Assembly: GCF_001673635.1 (NCBI RefSeq)
Contig: NZ_LZMH01000023.1
Coordinates: 88,229-120,228, forward strand
Reading direction: 5' to 3'
Length of the DNA stretch: 32,000 nucleotides
DNA from: Mycobacterium asiaticum
GTDB taxonomy: Bacteria > Actinomycetota > Actinomycetes > Mycobacteriales > Mycobacteriaceae
Each line of letters starts with the position of its first letter. The stretch's first letter is position 1. Under the pieces are notes generated by a model, which saw only the letters and a list, made by a program, of their open reading frames with translations, made no database searches and was not told the DNA's origin. Below, piece after piece: positions 1 to 8,484 of this stretch. The translations under genes and the position numbers were made by a program.

Positions 1-91
1 CCGCGTTCACCTCGCTGAGCGAGGCCTGCAAGCCCGCCAGGTTCTCGGCGGCAGCGGTCAAGAGTTGCGGTTGCGTCGTCAAATAGGACAT
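1..91 (-). CDS. PE family protein, N-terminal fragment (gene continues past the left window edge)
   Basis: The reverse complement of 91..1 reads ATG-MSYLTTQPQLLTAAAENLAGLQASLSEVNA, a typical PE-domain N-terminus. A GAAGGGA Shine-Dalgarno-like run (complement of 98-104) lies 6 nt upstream of the ATG. The ORF is too short to appear in the ORF track. Confidence 0.6.
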   Translation of the reverse strand, partial: MSYLTTQPQLLTAAAENLAGLQASLSEVNA

Positions 92-270
92 GCGGAATCC
101 CTTCACGGCCAATGTGTTTCGCAGCGACCGGAGCCCACACCGCTACGGCGTCGCGGAGCTGGCGCGTTCAGCCATTCGGGGAGTCCGGCACCTGTGAGCC
201 TAGAACGGTCCGGCCGTTAGGTGGTGAAAATCGCGTGGATAGCTGCCCTAAATTTCTGTGAATTCGCTGG

Positions 271-287
271 GGGCACCTCGGGTGTCC
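271..287 (-). terminator. Possible stem-loop downstream of the PE gene ending at 302
   Basis: gggcacc-tcg-ggtgtcc forms a 7-bp stem (one G-T pair) with a 3-nt loop, about 15 nt past the stop codon on the minus strand. No clear U-tract follows. Confidence 0.25.
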
Positions 288-301
288 GGTATGCGAATTA
301 T

Positions 302-1978
302 TTAGGCGAAGAGACCCTGGATGTCCTTGACGTTGTTGCTCAGCGCCGCCAATATGGTGAGCCCTTCGACCCCGCCGGCGATCGTGGCCAAGCCGATGTC
401 GGCCGCGATCGGATAGCCGAACGCGTTGATCAGGTTGCCCTGCGCGAGTTGCTCGACGAAGAGCTGAGCGTTGTACAGCGGCATTGCCGTCACGAAAGAA
501 AGGCCGATGTCGGCCGTGGGCAGCAGCACGGCGTAGTCGTCCGAGATGATCGACGCGACCGTGTTGACTAGCTTCTCCGGCGACGGGAGCTTCAACGCGG
601 CCGTCATCAGGTCGCCCGTGCTCGGCGGTGTGAACGAAGGCAGCGTCACCGGATTCGCGGCAAGGAGCTGCACGTCGCGGGTGAAGTCGTGGATGCCCTG
701 CTGCGTCCCGGCGACCAACGCCTCGGCGATGACGTGTGGCGGCACCTCCGGGAACAGCCCGAACGGGGTGGGCACGTCGGCGTAGCTTGTCGAGTAGCCG
801 TGGTACGGGTCGCCGTAGCCCAGGTTCACCAGCACCTTCAGGTCCGGTTGGATCAGGTTCGCCAACGGATTGCCGATCACGGGCACCGCCCGCAGCGGCG
901 CGAGCAGCGGCAGGTTCTCGGTGGGAATCACGTAGTAGCTGGTGTTCCCGGTGTATCCAGGAGATGTCGGCAGCTGCACGGCGCTGTCGACGTGGGCCAT
1001 CGTGAGGTCGAAATAGGTGGGGTGCACGAAGACGATGCCGGCCAGTGCGTTGAGGTCGGCCAGGAAGTTGATGGGGTACCGGGGGAAGTCCGCGAAGCCG
1101 TCGTATTCCAACGTGTAGTTGGCCACGTGGTAAGGGGTGTTCGAAGGCGTAGCGCCGTAGAAGTCCAGCCCCAGCGCGGCGAGATTGAGACCCGGGAACC
1201 GCGACAGCATGCCGCCGTTGGGGTTCATCTCGTTGCCGGTCAGCACGAAGTTGAGCATGCTCGGGTCCGGCGGATTGGCACCGAAGATTGACGTGCCCGC
1301 CATCAGGTTTCGCATCTCAAGGGACGCGATGATCGCGCTCTGCGAGATACCGAAGACGGTGACCGGCTTGTTGAGCGTGACGATCTGCTCGTAGAGCGTG
1401 TTGTCCAAGATCGTCAAGCCCTCTTGCACCGACGCGTTCAGGGTCAAGCTCCGTACGCCCGTCAGCGGGTACAACTGTTCTGGCGTGACGAGCGGGAATG
1501 AGACGGTTGGGTTTTGGGCGTCGGGGCGGATGTAGAGGTTGAGAGCGCCGTTGATCAGTTTTGCGGTCGGGATCGGAACTCCGGTGCCGCCCATGATGAT
1601 CGACACCGGATTGGGCGGGAAAGGCGGCAATGCGGCCGCGGTCGGCGCGAAGGTCTGCCCGGGCGCGCCGCCCAGCAAGCCCTGCAAGCCGGTGGCGATG
1701 GCGGTCTCGGCGTTGGCATAGGCGGTGGCCGCCGCGGCCAGTGACAGCTGGAATTGGTTCTGGAAAGCCGAAATCTGTGTAAGCACGGCCTGGTACTCCT
1801 GGCCGTACGCACCAAAGGCATTCGCGATCGCCGCCGACACTTCGTCAGCGGCGGCCGCCAGCACAGCCGACGTCGGTGCCGCGGCCGCCGCGCTGGCGCT
1901 GGTGAGCGCTGAGCCGATCCCCTCGATGTTCGCGGCAGCCGTCGTTATGAAATCCGGCTCGGCAAGCAGAAACGACAT
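302..1978 (-). CDS. PE family protein with a PE-PPE (serine-hydrolase-like) domain and a C-terminal extension, 558 aa
   Basis: The ORF is 302..2137. I chose the internal ATG at 1978 (MSFLLAEPDFITTAAANIEGIGSALTSASAAAAAPTSAVLAAAADEVSAAIANAFGAYGQEYQ) because it starts a canonical PE domain and has GGGAAGG 10 nt upstream. The central region has PE-PPE hallmarks: IIMGGTG, VFGISQSA nucleophile-elbow-like motif, GNEMNPNGG, YDGFADFPRYP. Confidence 0.9.
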   Translation of the reverse strand: MSFLLAEPDFITTAAANIEGIGSALTSASAAAAAPTSAVLAAAADEVSAAIANAFGAYGQEYQAVLTQISAFQNQFQLSLAAAATAYANAETAIATGLQGLLGGAPGQTFAPTAAALPPFPPNPVSIIMGGTGVPIPTAKLINGALNLYIRPDAQNPTVSFPLVTPEQLYPLTGVRSLTLNASVQEGLTILDNTLYEQIVTLNKPVTVFGISQSAIIASLEMRNLMAGTSIFGANPPDPSMLNFVLTGNEMNPNGGMLSRFPGLNLAALGLDFYGATPSNTPYHVANYTLEYDGFADFPRYPINFLADLNALAGIVFVHPTYFDLTMAHVDSAVQLPTSPGYTGNTSYYVIPTENLPLLAPLRAVPVIGNPLANLIQPDLKVLVNLGYGDPYHGYSTSYADVPTPFGLFPEVPPHVIAEALVAGTQQGIHDFTRDVQLLAANPVTLPSFTPPSTGDLMTAALKLPSPEKLVNTVASIISDDYAVLLPTADIGLSFVTAMPLYNAQLFVEQLAQGNLINAFGYPIAADIGLATIAGGVEGLTILAALSNNVKDIQGLFA

Positions 1979-2066
1979 GTATTTACGACCTTCCCGACAG
2001 GCAATGGTCGTCAGCGTAGAGGGATCTCGCGGTGCTGTCTGGCGTTTAGCCGCAGCGATACGAGGC

Positions 2067-3722
2067 TCAGGGAATGAGGGCCCGGATGTCGCTGATGTTT
2101 TGGGAGATCGCCTTCGAGATGACAAGGAACTGGACAATGCCGGCGATAGTGGCCAGTCCCACGTCCGCGGCGATCGGATAGCCGATCGCGTTGACGAGGT
2201 TGCCTTGCGCCAACTGTTCCACGAACAGCTGAGAGTCGTACAGCGGCAACGTGGTAGCGAATGCCATCGCGGTGTCGGCCGCCGGAAGCAGCACGGCGTA
2301 ATCGGTGGAGATGACCGTGGCCGCGGTGTTGACGACCTTTTCGGGTGAGGGCAGCTGGCTCAGCTTCGCGAGGATGTCCATCGGTTGCGGCGGGGTGAAC
2401 GTCGGGAACTGCGGCGGCTGGGCGGCCAGCGCCTGCAACTCGGTGTGGAAGTCGGTGATGCCCTGCTGTGTCCCCCTGGCGAACGCGTCGATGAGCGTGC
2501 CGGGACTGACCTCGGGGAACAACCCGAACGGGGTGTGCACATCGGCGTAGCCGGTCGAGTAACCCAGGTTCGGGTCGCCGTAACCCAGGTTGACGATGAC
2601 TTCCAGGTTGGGCTCGATAAGCGCGGCCAGCGGGTTGCCGATCACCGGTATCGCCCGCAACGGGGTCAGCAGCGGCAGTTCCTCGGTGGGGATCATGTAG
2701 TACGTCGTATGGCCGGAGTAACCAGGAGACGTCGGCAACTGGATGGCACTGTCGACCTGCGCGGGAGTCAGATTCAGATATTTGGTGTGCACGGTGGCGA
2801 TACCGAACACCGCGTTCAGGTCCGAGATGAAATTGATCGGGTAGCGCGGGAAACTGGCGAAGCCGTCGTACTCCTGTGTGTAGATCGCCACGTTGTACGG
2901 CGTGTTAGACGGTGTCGCGCCGTAGAAGTCCAGGCCAAGCGTTGGCAGCGTCAGGTTCGGGAACCGCGCGAGCATGCCGCCGTTGGGGTTCATCTCGTTC
3001 CCGACCAGGATGAAGTTGAGATTCTCTGGCGGGATGGGAAAGCCCGCCGCCGCCAGCTGCTGCATGTACAGCGACGAGATGATGGCGCTCTGCGAGTAGC
3101 CGAACACGGTGACGGAATTCTGGGGTATGGCCAATTGGGACTGAACGTAATTTCCGAGAATTGTCAAGCCTTCGGAAACCGACTGATTCAGTGTCAAGCT
3201 TTTGACGCCGGTGATCGGATACAACTCTTCCGGCGTGTACAGGATCTGCTGGAGACCGGTCGCATGCACATAAAGTTCATTGGCCAGCGTCGCGTATGCG
3301 GGCGGCGGTATGGGCACACCGGTCGGGCCAATGAATACCGAGGTTTTAAGGGCATCGAACGGCGGATTGCTCAGCGGCGACGCCGGGGGCAGTGCCGCCG
3401 GGGCGGCGGCCACTCCCAGGGCTCCGGTCAGGGCCGCGGCCGCTGCGTTCTCGGTTTGTACGTAGGCGTTCGCGGCCGCGGTCAGCGTCTGCTGGAACTG
3501 ACCGGCGTACGCCTCGACCTGGCCGACCACAGCCTGGAATTGCTGTCCGTGTGCGCCAAAGAGATTCGCGATCGCCGCCGATACCTCATCGGCGGCCGCC
3601 GCCAACAGCCCGGACGTCGGCGCGGCCGCGGCCGCGCTCGCCGCTCTGATCGTCGAACCGATGCTGTCGATGTCCGTAGCGATTGTCGTGATGATCTGCG
3701 GGTCCACCAACAGCTGCGTCAT
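2067..3722 (-). CDS. PE family protein with a PE-PPE domain and a C-terminal extension, 551 aa
   Basis: The N-terminus MTQLLVDPQIITTIATDIDSIGSTIRAASAAAAAPTSGLLAAAADEVSAAIANLFGAHGQQFQ is a PE domain. It also has VFGYSQSA, GNEMNPNGG and YDGFASFPRYP. A G-rich SD (GGGGGGTAGG) lies upstream of the ATG at 3722. It is a paralogue of 302..1978 and 3891..5531. Confidence 0.9.
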   Translation of the reverse strand: MTQLLVDPQIITTIATDIDSIGSTIRAASAAAAAPTSGLLAAAADEVSAAIANLFGAHGQQFQAVVGQVEAYAGQFQQTLTAAANAYVQTENAAAAALTGALGVAAAPAALPPASPLSNPPFDALKTSVFIGPTGVPIPPPAYATLANELYVHATGLQQILYTPEELYPITGVKSLTLNQSVSEGLTILGNYVQSQLAIPQNSVTVFGYSQSAIISSLYMQQLAAAGFPIPPENLNFILVGNEMNPNGGMLARFPNLTLPTLGLDFYGATPSNTPYNVAIYTQEYDGFASFPRYPINFISDLNAVFGIATVHTKYLNLTPAQVDSAIQLPTSPGYSGHTTYYMIPTEELPLLTPLRAIPVIGNPLAALIEPNLEVIVNLGYGDPNLGYSTGYADVHTPFGLFPEVSPGTLIDAFARGTQQGITDFHTELQALAAQPPQFPTFTPPQPMDILAKLSQLPSPEKVVNTAATVISTDYAVLLPAADTAMAFATTLPLYDSQLFVEQLAQGNLVNAIGYPIAADVGLATIAGIVQFLVISKAISQNISDIRALIP

Positions 3723-3744
3723 CGCCTACCCCCCGTACCCCCGG

Positions 3745-3763
3745 CCACCAGATTTACTGGTGG
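3745..3763 (-). promoter_or_regulatory. Perfect 7-bp hairpin (CCACCAG-attta-CTGGTGG) in the leader of the PE gene starting at 3722
   Basis: The inverted repeat was read directly from the sequence. It lies 23-41 nt upstream of the start codon, at the edge of the AT-rich intergenic region. A second hairpin, AATGGC-ttgtg-GCCATT, is at 3781-3797. Confidence 0.35.
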
Positions 3764-3890
3764 AAACAATTGGTCAGCGTAATGGCTTGTGGCCATTCAT
3801 GTACAAGTTTTCACGCAAAAGAAAGTTATTGAATGAAGTCTAATAGAGAACCAGCGTACAAAATGGGACGTTTGTGCAGAAATCGGCTTT

Positions 3891-5531
3891 TCAAATAGCG
3901 AGACTCTGCAAATCCTGAACGATCTCAGCAGCGGCCTCGACGACAGCAATGAACTCGATCATGCCGCCCAGCGCCGCCAGTCCGGCAGTGGCGGCGAGTG
4001 GCAGTTCAATGGCATCCCGGAGATTTCCTTGCGCGAGTTGGCTGAAGAACAACGTCGCGTCATAGGCCGGCATGGTAGTTAGAAACGCCGTGCCCAGGTC
4101 AGCCGTCGGAAGCAGAACCGAGTAGCCGGTGGACACCACCGAAGCAAAGGTGTTGACGATGTTGGCCGGTGTGGCCGGGACGGTCGGCGGCGGCGGCCCC
4201 ACGTACTGCTGGATCAGCGGGGGGAACGCGGGCGGGGTGATCACCGGCGGCGTGGTAAGTGCCGTCGGCGCGACAGCCAGGAAGTCGTTGATGCCCTGGT
4301 GGGTGCCGGCGACGAAAGCATTGGCGATCACGTCCGGTGGCACCTCGGGGAACAGCCCGAACGGTGTCGGCACGTTCGCCGGTGACGTTGAATAGCCGTA
4401 GTTCGGATCGCCGTAGCCGAGGTTGACGATCACCTTCAGATTCGGTTGGACAAGTGCCGCAATCGGTTCCCCGATGACGGGGATGGCTCGGACCGGGTCC
4501 AGCAGTGGCAGGTCCGGGTGCGGAATGATGTAGTACTCGTTGTTCGTCGGGCCCTGGGTCGGCAATTGAATGGCCGACTGCACCTGCGCCGGAGTGAGGT
4601 CGGCGTACGTCGTGTGCACGGTGAGAATGCCGAACACCGCGTTGATGTCGGACAGGATGTTGAGGGGATATCGCGGGAAGTCGGCGAACCCGTCGTATTC
4701 GAGTGTGTAGGTGGTGGTTTGGTACGGACCGTCCGGGGTGGCGCCGTAGAACGGCAGGCCGAGGGTCGTGATGTTCAGACCCGGTATGCGTGCGAGGATC
4801 CCGCCGTTGGGGTTCATCTCGTTGCCGGTCAGGATGAAGCTGAGCCGCGACGGGTCCGGCATATTCGGGCCAAGAGAGATGTAGTGCTCCATCAGCAGCG
4901 ACGAGATGATGGCGCTCTGGGAGTAACCGAAAACCGTGACGTTGTTTCCGGCCGCGAGTTGCTCTCCGATGGCCGTATTGAGGATTTGCAGTCCTTCGGA
5001 CACCGATGTCGCCAGCGGCAGCGACCTGACACCGGTGATCGGATACAGCTCTTCCGGAGTGAATAAGGCTTGGACGATCGCTCCGGGCGAGATCGGCTGT
5101 ACGAAGAGACTGTTGACGGCGTTCAGGTAGGTGGCTCCCGGTATCGGGGTGCCGGTGCCGCCCATGATGATTGCGGTGGTGGCGTTAGTCGGTGCGCCCA
5201 CGGTCGGTGTGGTCAGACCGGCCGTGACGCTTTGCACCAATTGGGCGGTGTTGATCGCTTCGGCGTTGGCGTAGTACTCCACCGCTGCGGTCAGCCGCTG
5301 AACAATCCCGGCATAGAGAGCGCCGAATTGCGCGTTGACCGTTTGGAACTCCTGGCCGAAGCTTTGGAACAGGCCGGCGATGGCCGACGACACCTCGTCG
5401 GCTGCGGCGGTCGCAATGGCGCTCGTTGGCGCTGCCGCGATCGCGGTCGCCTCCCCGAGCGCCGACCCGATCCCCGCCAACTCAGTTGCCGCAGCAGCCA
5501 ACGCGGGCGGCTGCGCGAGCACGTACGACAT
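3891..5531 (-). CDS. PE family protein with a PE-PPE domain and a C-terminal extension, 546 aa
   Basis: The ORF is 3891..5669. The internal ATG at 5531 gives MSYVLAQPPALAAAATELAGIGSALGEATAIAAAPTSAIATAAADEVSSAIAGLFQSFGQEFQ (PE domain), with GGGAGGGG upstream. It also has IIMGGTG, VFGYSQSA, GNEMNPNGG and YDGFADFPRYP. Confidence 0.9.
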   Translation of the reverse strand: MSYVLAQPPALAAAATELAGIGSALGEATAIAAAPTSAIATAAADEVSSAIAGLFQSFGQEFQTVNAQFGALYAGIVQRLTAAVEYYANAEAINTAQLVQSVTAGLTTPTVGAPTNATTAIIMGGTGTPIPGATYLNAVNSLFVQPISPGAIVQALFTPEELYPITGVRSLPLATSVSEGLQILNTAIGEQLAAGNNVTVFGYSQSAIISSLLMEHYISLGPNMPDPSRLSFILTGNEMNPNGGILARIPGLNITTLGLPFYGATPDGPYQTTTYTLEYDGFADFPRYPLNILSDINAVFGILTVHTTYADLTPAQVQSAIQLPTQGPTNNEYYIIPHPDLPLLDPVRAIPVIGEPIAALVQPNLKVIVNLGYGDPNYGYSTSPANVPTPFGLFPEVPPDVIANAFVAGTHQGINDFLAVAPTALTTPPVITPPAFPPLIQQYVGPPPPTVPATPANIVNTFASVVSTGYSVLLPTADLGTAFLTTMPAYDATLFFSQLAQGNLRDAIELPLAATAGLAALGGMIEFIAVVEAAAEIVQDLQSLAI

Positions 5532-5610
5532 CTGACCCCTCCCGGTACCGGTCGAGGGTAAAGCGATTCCGCCTCGCTGTCCGGGCTTTGACCCGAGCTC
5601 ATAGACTCCC

Positions 5611-6441
5611 TCAGCCGAGCAGCGCGCTCCGCAGCTTCGACAGGTCGGCCTCGGTGAGTCCGGCAGCACGCAGGTAGCTGTCCAGCGAGCCGAAGGACTC
5701 GTCGATCGTCTGCCATGCCGCCCAGAGGTATTCGGCGCGAACGCCGAGCACCCCGTCCGAGAGCCGCGCCTTGGTGAAGGTCTCCACCTCCGGAGTCAGC
5801 TCGACATCCGAGCGCTGCTGGATCATCTCGGTGATCCGGGTGCGCAGCTGCGGCACGGCGGCATTGCTGCGCAGATAGTCGGCGACGATCGCGTCACGGT
5901 CCACGCCCACCGCTTCCAACACCGTCGCGACCACAAACCCGGTGCGGTCCTTGCCCGCGAAGCAATGGGTGAGTACCGGCCGCCCGTCGGCCAGCAGGGT
6001 GAACACCCGGTGCACTGCGCGCTGGGCGCCGTTGCGTGTCGGGAATTCGCGGTACTCCTCGGTCATGTAACGCACCGCGTTGGCTTCGATGGCTTCATCG
6101 GATTCGTCGGAATCGCCGTTGGTGAGCAGGCGCTTGAACGCGGATTCGTGTGGTGCCTCGTCGGTTTCGTCGGCCTGGTCATCGGCAAGATCGGGAAACG
6201 GCAGCAGATGCACGTCGACCCCGTCGGGAACCCGGCCCGGACCGCGCCGGTTGACCTCGCGGGTGGAGCGCAGGTCGGCGACGTCGCTGATGCCCAGCCG
6301 GCGCAGGGTCTCCCGGCCTTGATCGTCCAGGCCGCTGAGCTCGCTGGAGCGGAACAGCCGGCCCGGCCTGATCCCGGTGGTGGCATCCGCTACGTCGCGA
6401 AAGTTCCACGCGCCGGGGAGATCTCGCAAGCCGTCAGCCAT
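5611..6441 (-). CDS. ptpB: Protein tyrosine / phosphoinositide phosphatase PtpB
   Basis: The 276-aa protein carries the CX5R P-loop HCFAGKDRTG. Long stretches match what I recall of M. tuberculosis PtpB (Rv0153c): LPGAWNFRDVAD, GRLFRSSELS, DVHLLPFPDLADD, FPTRNGAQRA, YLRSN, FTKARLSDGVLGVRAEYL. Its ATG at 6441 overlaps the fadE2 stop by 8 nt. Confidence 0.93.
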   Translation of the reverse strand: MADGLRDLPGAWNFRDVADATTGIRPGRLFRSSELSGLDDQGRETLRRLGISDVADLRSTREVNRRGPGRVPDGVDVHLLPFPDLADDQADETDEAPHESAFKRLLTNGDSDESDEAIEANAVRYMTEEYREFPTRNGAQRAVHRVFTLLADGRPVLTHCFAGKDRTGFVVATVLEAVGVDRDAIVADYLRSNAAVPQLRTRITEMIQQRSDVELTPEVETFTKARLSDGVLGVRAEYLWAAWQTIDESFGSLDSYLRAAGLTEADLSKLRSALLG

Positions 6442-7666
6442 GGTTGGTGACCGCCGCGGCCAGCGCGGACTGTTCGCGTCCCAACTCGGTGCGGGCGATG
6501 GTGCGCATGTGGACCTCGTCGGGCCCGTCGAAGATCCGCATGGCGCGGTGCCAGCCGTACAGCCGGGCCAGGGGTGTGTCGTCGCAGACGCCGGCCGCGC
6601 CGTGCACCTGGATGGCCCGGTCGATCACGTCGCACGCCACCTGCGGGGCCACCGCCTTGATCTGCGACACCAGCAGATGCGCGGCCTTGTTGCCGTGCTG
6701 GTCGATGGTCCACGCCGCCTTCTCGCAGAGCAGCCTGGCCTGGTCGATTTCGTTGCGGGACTTGGCAATTGCATGCTGGACCAAGCCCTGATCGGCCAGC
6801 GGCCGGCCGAACGCGATCCGGTTGTTGGCGCGGTTGACCATCAGCGCCAGCGCCCGCTCGGCCCCGCCGAGGGCCCGCATGCAGTGGTGGATGCGTCCCG
6901 GGCCGAGCCGGGCCTGTGCGATCGCGAAGCCGGCCCCCTCTTGGCCGAGCAGGTTGGTGGCGGGCACCCGGACGTTGTCGTAGATGATTTCACAGTGACC
7001 GTGCTGGTCCTGCCAGCCGAACACGCCGGTCGAGCGGACCACCGTCACGCCGGGGGTGTCCATCGGCACCAGCACCATCGACTGCTGCTGATGGCTGGCC
7101 GCCTCGGGATTGGTGCGGCCCATCACGATCAGGATCTTGCAGCGCGGGTCCGCCGCGCCCGATGTCCACCACTTACGGCCGTTGATCACGTAGTCGGCGC
7201 CGTCGCGCACGATCGAGGTCTCGATGTTGCGGGCGTCGCTGCTGGCCACCGCGGGCTCGGTCATCGAGAACGCGCTGCGGATGTCGCCGTTCAACAACGG
7301 TTCCAGCCAGTCCTTGCGTTGCTGCTCGGTGGCGAACAGGTGCAGCGTCTCCATGTTGCCGGTGTCGGGCGCCGCGCAGTTGAGCGCTTCCGGTGCGATC
7401 TCGAGGCTCCAACCGGTCAGCTCGGCCAGCGGTGCGTATTCGAGATTCGTCAGACCCGACTCGGCCGGCAGGAACAGGTTCCACAGGCCACGCTCTTTGG
7501 CCTTGGCCTTGAGGTCCTCGATCACCGGCGGCGCCGTGTGGTCGCCCGGGCCGGCCTCCTGGCGGTAGTTCTCGTACTCGGCTTCGGCCGGGAAGACGTG
7601 GTCCGTCATGAATTCCGTCAACCGCTTGTGATAGTCGCTGGCTTTGGCCGACATTGCGAAGTCCAT
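6434..7666 (-). CDS. fadE2: Acyl-CoA dehydrogenase (FadE2-like, ACAD10/11-type)
   Basis: ACAD signatures are present ([24 protein letters not shown]-terminal FDGPDEVH), and the position next to ptpB matches H37Rv Rv0154c. The start is set at ATG 7666 (MDFAMSAK...). ATG 7654 is an alternative. The longer ORF-track start at 7849 adds only Cys/Arg-rich, non-ACAD sequence. Confidence 0.85.
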   Translation of the reverse strand: MDFAMSAKASDYHKRLTEFMTDHVFPAEAEYENYRQEAGPGDHTAPPVIEDLKAKAKERGLWNLFLPAESGLTNLEYAPLAELTGWSLEIAPEALNCAAPDTGNMETLHLFATEQQRKDWLEPLLNGDIRSAFSMTEPAVASSDARNIETSIVRDGADYVINGRKWWTSGAADPRCKILIVMGRTNPEAASHQQQSMVLVPMDTPGVTVVRSTGVFGWQDQHGHCEIIYDNVRVPATNLLGQEGAGFAIAQARLGPGRIHHCMRALGGAERALALMVNRANNRIAFGRPLADQGLVQHAIAKSRNEIDQARLLCEKAAWTIDQHGNKAAHLLVSQIKAVAPQVACDVIDRAIQVHGAAGVCDDTPLARLYGWHRAMRIFDGPDEVHMRTIARTELGREQSALAAAVTNHG

Positions 7667-7698
7667 CCCGCCACGATATGACAATGGCCACCAACCCC

Positions 7699-7760
7699 CG
7701 CGAGCAGACGCAGAATCGCATCTGAGAGCACTAATGGGTGTGATTCTGTGTCTGCTCGCG
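7699..7760. promoter_or_regulatory. 19-bp inverted repeat (20 bp with flanking C-G) with a 24-nt spacer, in the fadE2 / DUF1348 divergent intergenic region
   Basis: cgcgagcagacgcagaatc (7699-7717) pairs with gattctgtgtctgctcgcg (7742-7760). The single non-Watson-Crick position (7710 g / 7749 t) is a G-U wobble in plus-strand RNA. The right arm ends 3 nt before the GAAAGG SD of the gene starting at 7773. Confidence 0.6.
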
Positions 7761-7772
7761 GTAGAAAGGTGC

Positions 7773-8225
7773 ATGCCCGCCCCGTTTCCGCCGTTCACCC
7801 TCGAGACCGCTCTGCAGAAGGTGCAGGCCGCCGAGGACGCCTGGAACACCTGTGACCCCGAACGCGTGAGCCTGGCCTACACCGTCGACTCGGCGTGGCG
7901 TAACCGCGACGAGCACGTTGTCGGGCGAGAGGAGATCGTCGCGTTTCTGACCCGCAAGTGGCAGCGCGAGCTCGATTACTCGCTGCGCAAGGGCTTATGG
8001 AGTTTCCACGACAACCGCATCGCGGTGCGGTTTCAGTACGAGAGCCACGACCGCACCGGGCAGTGGTTCCGCAGTTATGGCAACGAACTATGGGAGTTCG
8101 ATTCCGAAGGTTTGATGGCGCGGCGCGAAGCCAGCATCAACGACGTACCGATCACCGAATCGGATCGGCGAATCTTCGGTCCGCGCCCGGCGAGCGAGCA
8201 CGGTGCGGACTTCCCGCTGTGGTGA
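7773..8225 (+). CDS. DUF1348 family protein (NTF2-like fold), 150 aa
   Basis: From ATG 7773 (GAAAGG SD 4-9 nt upstream) the protein reads [48 protein letters not shown]..., the pattern I associate with DUF1348 proteins. The upstream part of the ORF-track ORF (7644-7772) runs through the inverted repeat and is not protein-like. Confidence 0.75.
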   Translation: MPAPFPPFTLETALQKVQAAEDAWNTCDPERVSLAYTVDSAWRNRDEHVVGREEIVAFLTRKWQRELDYSLRKGLWSFHDNRIAVRFQYESHDRTGQWFRSYGNELWEFDSEGLMARREASINDVPITESDRRIFGPRPASEHGADFPLW

Positions 8226-8228
8226 GTT

Positions 8229-8354
8229 CTAGACAGGCGGGTAGGCCGGCGGCGGGTATCCGTTACCGGACTCCACACCGCGTAAACCCCAGGTGAGATA
8301 GCTGAAGAAGAACTCGATCTCGTCGCTTCCGTCGTAGTCAGGAACCGGGTCCAT
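8229..8354 (-). CDS. Candidate small protein, 41 aa (MDPVPDYDGSDEIEFFFSYLTWGLRGVESGNGYPPPAYPPV)
   Basis: The ATG at 8354 is preceded by a strong SD, GGAGAGGTGGAG, with a 3-nt gap (TA A). The third codon positions are GC-rich. The ORF lies divergent from the TetR gene and convergent with the DUF1348 gene, with stops 3 nt apart. I did not recognise a family. Confidence 0.45.
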   Translation of the reverse strand: MDPVPDYDGSDEIEFFFSYLTWGLRGVESGNGYPPPAYPPV

Positions 8355-8443
8355 TACTCCACCTCTCCAAGCGACTGCGTTCTCCCCAGCGAGTCTAGTC
8401 CTATCCGCTGCAGTGCGACAGGCGCGGCGTTGCTTAAACTGTC

Positions 8444-8453
8444 CAACCAGTTG
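8444..8453. promoter_or_regulatory. Candidate TetR operator core CAAC-CA-GTTG
   Basis: This 10-nt palindrome has an AACnnGTT core and lies 32 nt upstream of the TetR ATG (8485), in the 130-nt divergent intergenic region. Confidence 0.25.
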
Positions 8454-8484
8454 ATTGATAACGCAGCGACGATAGTGAGTGCAG

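Noticed and set aside
1979-2137. N-terminal extensions offered by the ORF track for several genes (302..2137, 3891..5669, 6434..7849, 7644..8225, 14828..15751, 15373..16500, 16266..17636, 20160..20885, 24439.., 25361.., 27725..).
   Set aside because: The extensions are Arg/Ser/Pro-rich, lack family homology and overlap neighbouring genes or intergenic structures. Internal starts restore canonical N-termini (PE domain, TetR HTH, P450 N-terminus and so on), usually with an SD or a stop/start overlap.
2385-3782. A long 465-aa ORF on the plus strand, antisense to a PE gene. Similar long antisense ORFs occur at 689..1291, 6377..7681, 10913..11611, 13398..14417, 16476..17204, 21973..22980, 25787..26881 and 29334..30179.
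   Set aside because: All are Arg/Gly/Pro/His-rich, low-complexity translations with no recognisable motifs. They lie opposite genes with clear family signatures. Such shadow ORFs are expected in high-GC DNA because stop codons are rare.
3661-3843. A 60-aa plus-strand ORF spanning the AT-rich PE intergenic region.
   Set aside because: It begins antisense within the PE coding sequence, has no RBS, and its codon usage is atypical (AT-rich third positions) for this genome.
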